From positions 424 to 64,423 of the forward strand of contig JAFUQZ010000084.1 of assembly GCA_017472085.1 (NCBI GenBank): 64,000 nt of DNA. The letters are read 5' to 3'. The stretch is from Akkermansia sp. GTDB lineage: Bacteria > Verrucomicrobiota > Verrucomicrobiia > Verrucomicrobiales > Akkermansiaceae. The notes below the pieces were generated by a model. The model was not told the origin of the DNA. It made no database searches and saw nothing but the letters and a program-made list of their open reading frames with translations. Positions 57,625 through 64,000 of this stretch are shown piece after piece. The position numbers and the translations under genes are program-made. Numbering within the stretch: the stretch's first letter is position 1; every line of letters starts with the position of its first letter.

Positions 57625-59199
57625 TTATTTCACATCGCTCAGTTGTTTCATGAGCTGCTGAGTATCCGGGAATTTGGCTGTGGCGCGGTATTGGGAGAAG
57701 AAGTCGGCGGCGTGGCGGAGGCAGGATTGCTGGCGGGGTTCTTTGGAGGCGAGCTCGGAGAGGTGGCGGTTCAGCTCTGCATCAGCGATATCGGCGGGGA
57801 CATCTGCTAGGAGTTTGCAGCCTTTGAAGAGGTGGCTGCGGGCACCGGCGATGTTGGTGCGGAATTGCTCCAGCTTGGGTTGGATGAGAGCGCGGGCTTC
57901 ATCATCCGTATCCTCGCGCTCCAGGAGGGAGGTGAGGTCTGCCTCTGCCTTGAGGTAGTAGGAGAGGTGGGCGGCGGAGGTGCTGAGCATGGTGAGGGCG
58001 GCATCTGCCTTGAGCTGTTCGCTCTGGCGGACCAGGGCCAGGGATTGCTTGAGCTGGGCTTCCACCACGGTGCTTTGCTTGCGGATGGCGGTGAGCTTGT
58101 CTTTCATTTCCACATCGGCGGTGAGAGCGGCGGCTTCCAGCTCCTCCACGCGGCTGCGGAGGCGTGCGTTTTCCTCCTCAGCCTGCTGCGCGAGGTCTTC
58201 CAGGCAGACTTCTGTGGTGGATCCGGCGGCTTCTACCGGGGGAGGCGGGGTGCGGAGTTCCTCAAATTCCTTCCACTGGTCAGAGAAGGCCTGCATGGAC
58301 ATTTCCTTGTGGCGAATGACGGAGCCGAGCACGGGGCGGAAGCCGACCAGCTCGCTGCGGAACTCGGAGCCGTCCTCGCGGTAGGGGATGCACTCCGATC
58401 GGTCGGAGGAGTGGAGGGTGGCTTTCTCTGTGCGGAAATTGCCGCCGCAGGTGAGGATGCCGCCGGAGCGGCCGAGGCTGCTGTCGAAGTAATAGATGGG
58501 GCTTGCCAGTTCGGAGACATTGCCGAGCATATCGTAGAGCCCGACGGGGTTGGGCTTGCGACTGCCTTTGACGGGGCGGGGGGCCACGTTGCGCGAACCG
58601 GTGAAGGTGACTTCGTAGCGAGAGATGGCGTTGGCGGGGTAGGGGGTGGAGGCATCAAAGATGCCTTCATCCACATTCACGCCGCCGCGCGCCGCGAATT
58701 CCCACTCCACGGGGGAGGGAAGACGGAAGAAGAATGCGTGTGTCTTGTCGTTGCGGTAGGGGATGAGGGCGGCGGCGAATTCCTCGCTGGCGGCCATGAG
58801 TCTGTTGAGTCGGGAGAGGAAGTTCTGAGCATCGGTCACGGAGATGTTGACCATGGGAAGATTGGCCTCTTTTGCCGGGGGCATGGGTTCGCCCATGACG
58901 GCGGCGTACTGGGCGCGGGTGACTTCTGTCTCGCAGAAGGGGATGTACCATTTTTTGCCGTTGAAGGCGGTGCCCGCCAGATTGACGCGGGTGACGGGTT
59001 CGTTGGTGTAATCTCCGCTGCCGGCATTGAAGCTGCGGTAGGCAAAGATGTTCGGGTTATCGGAAATTTCCACGGGTATGAACACCATTTTCTGCCCCTG
59101 CGGCAGCAGGAGTTCCATGGGGGGCGCGGCAGGGGTGCCGTCCTGAGCAGTGGCGAGACTGGCAATGAGAGAAATAGCAAGGATGGAGGATTTGGTCAT
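57625..59199 (-). CDS. FGE-sulfatase (SUMF1) domain protein with C-terminal coiled coil, TagR-like
   Basis: Start MTKSSILAISLIASLATA; ETEVTRAQY, FRLPSPVEWEFAARGG, NPVGLYDMLGNVSE, GGNF, GFR. Confidence 0.88.
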   Translation of the reverse strand: MTKSSILAISLIASLATAQDGTPAAPPMELLLPQGQKMVFIPVEISDNPNIFAYRSFNAGSGDYTNEPVTRVNLAGTAFNGKKWYIPFCETEVTRAQYAAVMGEPMPPAKEANLPMVNISVTDAQNFLSRLNRLMAASEEFAAALIPYRNDKTHAFFFRLPSPVEWEFAARGGVNVDEGIFDASTPYPANAISRYEVTFTGSRNVAPRPVKGSRKPNPVGLYDMLGNVSELASPIYYFDSSLGRSGGILTCGGNFRTEKATLHSSDRSECIPYREDGSEFRSELVGFRPVLGSVIRHKEMSMQAFSDQWKEFEELRTPPPPVEAAGSTTEVCLEDLAQQAEEENARLRSRVEELEAAALTADVEMKDKLTAIRKQSTVVEAQLKQSLALVRQSEQLKADAALTMLSTSAAHLSYYLKAEADLTSLLEREDTDDEARALIQPKLEQFRTNIAGARSHLFKGCKLLADVPADIADAELNRHLSELASKEPRQQSCLRHAADFFSQYRATAKFPDTQQLMKQLSDVK

Positions 59200-59221
59200 G
59201 GTTAGTGAAGCGTGGGTGAAA

Positions 59222-60979
59222 TTACATTTCGCGGATGGCGGTGGAGGGCTGTGTGCGAAGGACGTTGACGGCGGCACAGACAGCCGCCAGCAGTCCGATG
59301 GCGATACCGCAGCCCAGCACAAGGGCATGATGGGCGGGGGAGAGGAAACAGAGGTTCTCCCCTGTCTCAATTTCTGCAGCAAACAGCACGCTGATGGCGT
59401 GAGCCATGCCGTGGAAGAGGAAGAAGCTCAGCCCGATGGAGAGGAGAGTCAGGAGAAGGGATTCGCAGATGGGAAAGCAGGTGAGGGTGGCGCGGGAGAA
59501 TCCGAGGGTGGCCAGGATGGCGTAGTCGCGTCGGCGCTTGAGAACTCCGTTGAAAAGATTGAGAGCAAGGGAGATGGCTGCTCCTGTCACACAGATGACG
59601 GCCAGTAGTGTGAAGAGGATTTCCAGCTGGGCGTTGAGCTCCTGCACGCGCCGGATGCCGGCAATGTTGCCCTCTGCGTGGTAGCCGCGGGCGGTGATGT
59701 GTTGCACCAGCGGCTCTACATCATCCAGCCCACGTGCGTAGAGCCGGATGCGGGAGAAGGCGCGGTGCGGCTGTGTCAGCCCGCCCGCTTCCTCGCTCCA
59801 GAAAAGCCCGCGCTGACAGATGCCGTGCAGCACGCCCAGCACGGAGGCGGACGCCGTCCATTCCCCCGGTGGCAGGGAGGTATCCGCCACCGCTTCCACT
59901 CGCATACTGCCTTTCCCTCCGGCCAGCAGCAGAGTGTGGAAGCCGGCATCAGCGGGATTGCCGCAGCGGATTTGCAGCGCCGGGGCGGCGGCGCGGAGGT
60001 TGAGCGGTTCGGGGATGCAGTGAATCGTGAATGTTTCAGTTTTATCGCTTGTTTGCCGGGTGGCGGAGACGGGCGGATTCCAGAGTCGGAATTCTGCCCG
60101 GTTCTGCTTGGCTAACTGGTAGGCCCGGCGTAATTTGTCGACAGCTTTGTGCTGTGCGGAGTTGAAGAAGAGGATTGCTTCCTGAGATGCCATACCGCGG
60201 CGGATTTCGTCCTCTGTGGCGGGACGCTGTTCCGAAAAGGGGCAGGCTCGATCCCAGACGTAATCCGGCGTACTGTCTTTCAGCCCCGGTTTGTTGAGCC
60301 ACATGCCGTGGTAGACCGGGGCGGGGGGCGTGAGCCCCTGCGCACCCTCTGCAGAGAGTGATTGCCGAGCCCCCTCGGCATATTCTTCCACAGCGATGAC
60401 GAGTGAGAGCGGCACAAATACCTGTGCGCCGACACCGCTGCTGTCCGGCAGGATACCGACTACCCTGCAAGGGACTTCGGTGTACTGTGCCCTGCCGCCT
60501 TCCATGCGTCCGCGTCGCAGCCGTATCTCGCCACCCACCTCCGGAGAGAGCTTTTCTGCGATGGCAGAGCCGAGGACAATTTCCCCGGCACGGGGAACGG
60601 GGAGAGAATGCCGCGCCAGCAGGGGGTCGCCCGCACCGGTGGGGATGAGATTGACCTCCTCACTGCCGCTGTCTGTGACCAGATGGGCAGAGGTGGCCAG
60701 AATGCGTGTGGCCGGGATGCAGAATCCCACCCCGGGCAGCGCGCGGAGGCTCTCCACCTCCTGTGAACTGATATGGGTGGAAATGGGCATGCGGATTTCC
60801 AGATTGGCGGGGTCTGCCGCCAGACGCTGCCGCAGGGTCTGCACCGTGCCTTCCTTCAGCCCCAGTATCATCAGCACCGGTACCAGGGCGGCGGCCATGG
60901 CAATGCAGAGGCAGGCAGCGGCGAGCCATTCATGCCGCAGCTGTTGCCAGACAAGTTTCAGTACCAGACAGAGGTTCAT
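59222..60979 (-). CDS. ABC transporter permease, FtsX/MacB-like, TagS-like
   Basis: N-terminal TM, RLAADPANLEI, large periplasmic domain, RIRLYARGLDDV, three C-terminal TM, KRRRDYAILATLG. Confidence 0.88.
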   Translation of the reverse strand: MNLCLVLKLVWQQLRHEWLAAACLCIAMAAALVPVLMILGLKEGTVQTLRQRLAADPANLEIRMPISTHISSQEVESLRALPGVGFCIPATRILATSAHLVTDSGSEEVNLIPTGAGDPLLARHSLPVPRAGEIVLGSAIAEKLSPEVGGEIRLRRGRMEGGRAQYTEVPCRVVGILPDSSGVGAQVFVPLSLVIAVEEYAEGARQSLSAEGAQGLTPPAPVYHGMWLNKPGLKDSTPDYVWDRACPFSEQRPATEDEIRRGMASQEAILFFNSAQHKAVDKLRRAYQLAKQNRAEFRLWNPPVSATRQTSDKTETFTIHCIPEPLNLRAAAPALQIRCGNPADAGFHTLLLAGGKGSMRVEAVADTSLPPGEWTASASVLGVLHGICQRGLFWSEEAGGLTQPHRAFSRIRLYARGLDDVEPLVQHITARGYHAEGNIAGIRRVQELNAQLEILFTLLAVICVTGAAISLALNLFNGVLKRRRDYAILATLGFSRATLTCFPICESLLLTLLSIGLSFFLFHGMAHAISVLFAAEIETGENLCFLSPAHHALVLGCGIAIGLLAAVCAAVNVLRTQPSTAIREM

Positions 60980-61716
60980 ATAGTGTTGCTTTCGCGGCGG
61001 AGGGTGGAGGTGACACAGGTGCCTTCCACCCTGATATCAAATCCGTATACCCGGTCTGCGGCGGTGCGGAACAGCTCTGCATCATGCGTGACGATGAGAA
61101 CCGCCACGTTGCGCTCACGCGCGGTTTCCAGCAGCAGTTCTCTGACAATGCGGGCAGATTCCGGATCGAGCGCCCCGGTCGGTTCATCTGCCAGCACGAT
61201 GCGGGGCCCCGCCGCCAGAGCCCGGGCGATGGCGACACGCTGCCGCTGTCCGGTACTCAGCTGCGCCGGGTACTGGCGGCTCAGCCCGGCGATTTCCAGT
61301 CTCTCCATCAGCTTGCCGATGCCGTCCCGGGGGCTGCCGCAGAGCTGCCGGGGCAGGGCGACGTTATCCTCTACGCTCAGGAAAGGGAGAAGACCTCCGG
61401 TCTGCAGGATGTAGCCCAGCTGTGTGCGGCGCAGGTGCTCTGCTTCGTGCGGGGTGGCACGCAGGGCATCAAACCATTGACACGGGTTGCGGCGGATGCG
61501 GTAGGACTGTGCCGAATCCGGGCGGGATATCATGCCCAGCATGTCCAGCAGGGTGGATTTTCCGCATCCGCTGCGACCGATGATGATGTTGACGCTGCCG
61601 GCATCCACATTCAGTTCCGGTACCAACAGCCGGAAGCTCCGCTCGCTCCCCGCATAAAAGCGGGAGAGCTCGCGGGCTGTGAGAACGGTGGAGGCTGACA
61701 GCGCTTCGTAGCTCAT
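60976..61716 (-). CDS. ABC transporter ATP-binding protein, LolD/MacB-like, TagT-like
   Basis: GRSGCGKST, LSTGQRQRVAIARAL, LADEPTGALD, VTHD. Confidence 0.95.
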   Translation of the reverse strand: MSYEALSASTVLTARELSRFYAGSERSFRLLVPELNVDAGSVNIIIGRSGCGKSTLLDMLGMISRPDSAQSYRIRRNPCQWFDALRATPHEAEHLRRTQLGYILQTGGLLPFLSVEDNVALPRQLCGSPRDGIGKLMERLEIAGLSRQYPAQLSTGQRQRVAIARALAAGPRIVLADEPTGALDPESARIVRELLLETARERNVAVLIVTHDAELFRTAADRVYGFDIRVEGTCVTSTLRRESNTI

Positions 61717-61725
61717 GTTGGTGTA

Positions 61726-64000
61726 TCAGGGCAGTTGCTCCAGCGGAATGGGGGTGAGCATCTGGCTCTCATCGCAGGATGCATCCGGCTTCATCCACAG
61801 GTCGAGGTTATCATATACGGCCTTGTAGAATTTGAGCTTGTTCTGCGCATTGCTGATGAATTCATCCTGCTCATCCTGCTGCATGCTCTGCCAGTACTCG
61901 TTGGTCATGGTCAGAACCTTGCTGCGGTAGGGCAAATCCTTCAGGAAGGTAGGCACGAAGCGCGAATCCGCCAGCATGTTGATGTTATTCAGCATGTCCG
62001 CGTTCTTTTGGGTGGCCATAACCGTGCTCTGAAGTGCTGAGAAGAAGGCGGTGGAGGTTCCCTTGGCGCTCATGCCTGCTGCCACCACGTTTTCCAGGAT
62101 GGAGCGCACGGAATCCAGCTGCTGGCGAGTCAGCATCACGCAGGGTTTCACGGAATCCAGCGCAGGATCTTTCAGATCCTTGTCCAGCACCCAGCCGCTC
62201 ATCTCATTGGTGACCCCCACTTTATGTGCCTCCGAAATCCAGTGTACCCGGGCGTTTTGGAAGAGGGCTGTTGCAAAGCTCTGTCCATTGGTGGCAGGCT
62301 TGATTTCGGAGCCGCCCTGATTGGCTACCATGGTCTGGGCTACGAGCCAAGTGATAACCTCGCGGGAGAAATTCTCAAAATCGCCGGCTTTGCCCATGTT
62401 GAGGATGGCGGTGGCGCGCTTGTTTTCGCCGGTGGCAAGGGCATCAAACTGCTGGCGGGCAATGGGCAGGTGCTCCTTGTAGCGGGGAACGTTCACATAG
62501 GCGGTACCCACGGATACGCGGTGCTTGTCCGCAAGCCCTCGGATTTCATTGGTTCCCATTTCGGCAGCTGTTCCCACGGGTTTATCCTTGCGGCGGCTGA
62601 AGGGGTCTGTCTTGCCTGGCTCACGACCGGGGGCATCGCCGATGAGGATGATGGCTCGTGCCGCGCCCTCGCGCCACTTGGTCTTTTCAATGGCATCCTT
62701 CATGCCGGCCAGCACGTCTTCCGCGTAGTCCACGGAGTCAATGCGGGTTTCTTTGGCCTTCTCCAGAGTCTTGACGAATTCGGCGGCTGTCTGGAGTCCC
62801 TCGGCGGTATAGTCGTGGGTGAGATATTCAATGCCCGGGCAGGCTTTCATGTCATCCCGGTAACCCCAGAAGCCGAAGTGAATCATAGAGTCCTTGAAGT
62901 TCGGGTTGCCGGAGGTGGCTTCGGCAATCTGACGGATGGTCTTGAGCACCTGGTCTTTGATGGGACCCATGCTGCGGGATAAGTCCATGACGAAGACCAA
63001 ATCCAGGGACATGTTTTTTGCGGTCAGCGGCTCTGTGGAGGTAGCCGTGTTTTCCGTGGCTGCGGACACCTTGATGGCAGTCATATCGTATTCTGCGGCA
63101 ATTTCTGACTGCTCGTCCGAGAATTCCACAATGGGCATGAGATAGAAATTGCTCTTCATGGTGGCCCAGCCTTCCGGTTCGCATGCCACGATGCTCTTGT
63201 CAGCAACCGGCTGGTTTTTCTCGATGTTTTCGTAGGCAGGGCGCAGAGCCACTTCCCGTTCTTCCGGGGTCATCTCGGCGTAACGAAGGGCATCTTCCTT
63301 ATTGGCAAAGAAAAGAGTTCGCGCGCGGCCGTTCGGGTTGGCAAACTGAACCACCAGCTGGTGTTTCCAGGGGAGGGTGTCTTCTTCCTTCACCCAACCT
63401 TTGAGCCCCTTGCCGCCGGGAGCCTGCACCTGAATGCGTCCGGCCTCTCGAGAAATAACTTCCAGAATGGAGAAGTTCGGCAGGTAAGTTTCCGATTTTT
63501 CCTCACCAACGGAGGTATACAGCATGACTCCCGGCTTGGAGAGGATGCGTTCTGCCATGGTCAGCTCGGCGGGAGAAGACACGCTGATTTTCTTCTTAGC
63601 TTCCTGCTCGGCCTTGGCTTCCTGCTCAGCCTTGGCTTTGGCTTCCTGCTCAGCCTTGGCTTTGGCTTCCTGCTCAGCCTTGGCATTGGCTTCCTGCTCA
63701 GCCTTGGCATTGGCTTCCTGCTCAGCCTTGGCTTTGGCTTCCTGCTCAGCCTTGGCATTGGCTTCCTGCTCAGCCTTGGCATTGGCTTCCTGCTCAGCCT
63801 TGGCCTTGGCTTCCTGTTCGGCCCTGGCCTTGGCTTCCTGTTCGGCCTTGGCTTTAGCTTCCTGCTCGGCCTTGGCTTCCTGCTCGGCCTTGGCCTTGGC
63901 TTCCTGCTCGGCCTTGGCCTTGGCTTCCTGTTCGGCCCTGGCCTTGGCTTCCTGCTCGGCCTTGGCATTGGCTTCCTGCTCAGCCTTGGCTTTGGCTTCC
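61726..64000 (-). CDS. vWA-domain protein (resembling the PpkA C-terminal region) preceded by a long Ala/Glu/Lys stalk; 5' end lies beyond the window
   Basis: MIDAS DLSRS (LVFVMDLSRSMGP), ILIGDAPG, KGWV..LPWKHQLVVQF; the frame stays open through the EQEAKAKA repeat to 64000, so the track start at 63582 is internal. Confidence 0.88.
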   Translation of the reverse strand, partial: EAKAKAEQEANAKAEQEAKARAEQEAKAKAEQEAKAKAEQEAKAEQEAKAKAEQEAKARAEQEAKAKAEQEANAKAEQEANAKAEQEAKAKAEQEANAKAEQEANAKAEQEAKAKAEQEAKAKAEQEAKAEQEAKKKISVSSPAELTMAERILSKPGVMLYTSVGEEKSETYLPNFSILEVISREAGRIQVQAPGGKGLKGWVKEEDTLPWKHQLVVQFANPNGRARTLFFANKEDALRYAEMTPEEREVALRPAYENIEKNQPVADKSIVACEPEGWATMKSNFYLMPIVEFSDEQSEIAAEYDMTAIKVSAATENTATSTEPLTAKNMSLDLVFVMDLSRSMGPIKDQVLKTIRQIAEATSGNPNFKDSMIHFGFWGYRDDMKACPGIEYLTHDYTAEGLQTAAEFVKTLEKAKETRIDSVDYAEDVLAGMKDAIEKTKWREGAARAIILIGDAPGREPGKTDPFSRRKDKPVGTAAEMGTNEIRGLADKHRVSVGTAYVNVPRYKEHLPIARQQFDALATGENKRATAILNMGKAGDFENFSREVITWLVAQTMVANQGGSEIKPATNGQSFATALFQNARVHWISEAHKVGVTNEMSGWVLDKDLKDPALDSVKPCVMLTRQQLDSVRSILENVVAAGMSAKGTSTAFFSALQSTVMATQKNADMLNNINMLADSRFVPTFLKDLPYRSKVLTMTNEYWQSMQQDEQDEFISNAQNKLKFYKAVYDNLDLWMKPDASCDESQMLTPIPLEQLP
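63599..64000 (-). repeat. Coding tandem repeat, 15 x 24-bp and 2 x 18-bp units plus a partial unit, encoding (A-K/R-A-E-Q-E-A-K/N)n
   Basis: Units counted from GCTTCCTG(C/T)TC anchors at 63599, 63617, 63641 ... 63971, 63995. Confidence 0.95.

Noticed and set aside
63561-63968. 135-aa Arg/Lys/Pro-repeat ORF in the track
   Set aside because: Alternative-frame reading of the tandem repeat; the EQEAKAKA frame is continuous with the vWA gene.
57625-64000. Type VI secretion system locus
   Set aside because: Only the accessory Tag-like genes are visible; no structural T6SS genes in the window.

Overview
64-kb chromosomal window from a GC-rich bacterium, most likely Akkermansia-like Verrucomicrobiota (inferred from a close match to the A. 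muciniphila S41 protease P9, a GH84 hexosaminidase and the split nuo locus). 1-49 kb is mostly core genome: dinG (partial), an RND pump with an unusual tandem-fused adaptor, HAD phosphatase + GH84, acnA, guaB, nuoD-N (nuoABC absent), secreted proteins, prc, an octaheme cytochrome c-TPR protein, dusB, pdxH. 49-64 kb is an accessory minus-strand gene run: a vWA protein on a long EQEAKAKA stalk, TagT/TagS/TagR-like ABC ATPase, permease and FGE-domain genes (no T6SS core genes in the window), low-GC secreted proteins including an HExxH protein, and two membrane-anchored PspA/IM30 (ESCRT-III-like) paralogues. Standout non-coding signals: (1) a lone AAA+/winged-helix ATPase gene bracketed at both ends by the same helically phased TATA-box module; (2) a symmetric fishbone array of constant 9-bp linkers and variable hairpins at 35.17-35.46 kb; (3) six near-perfect sigma70 promoters whose -10 box lies 5-7 nt from the start codon (predicted leaderless mRNAs). 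No rRNA, tRNA, CRISPR or complete IS element was recognised. All calls are by eye; no database searches were run.
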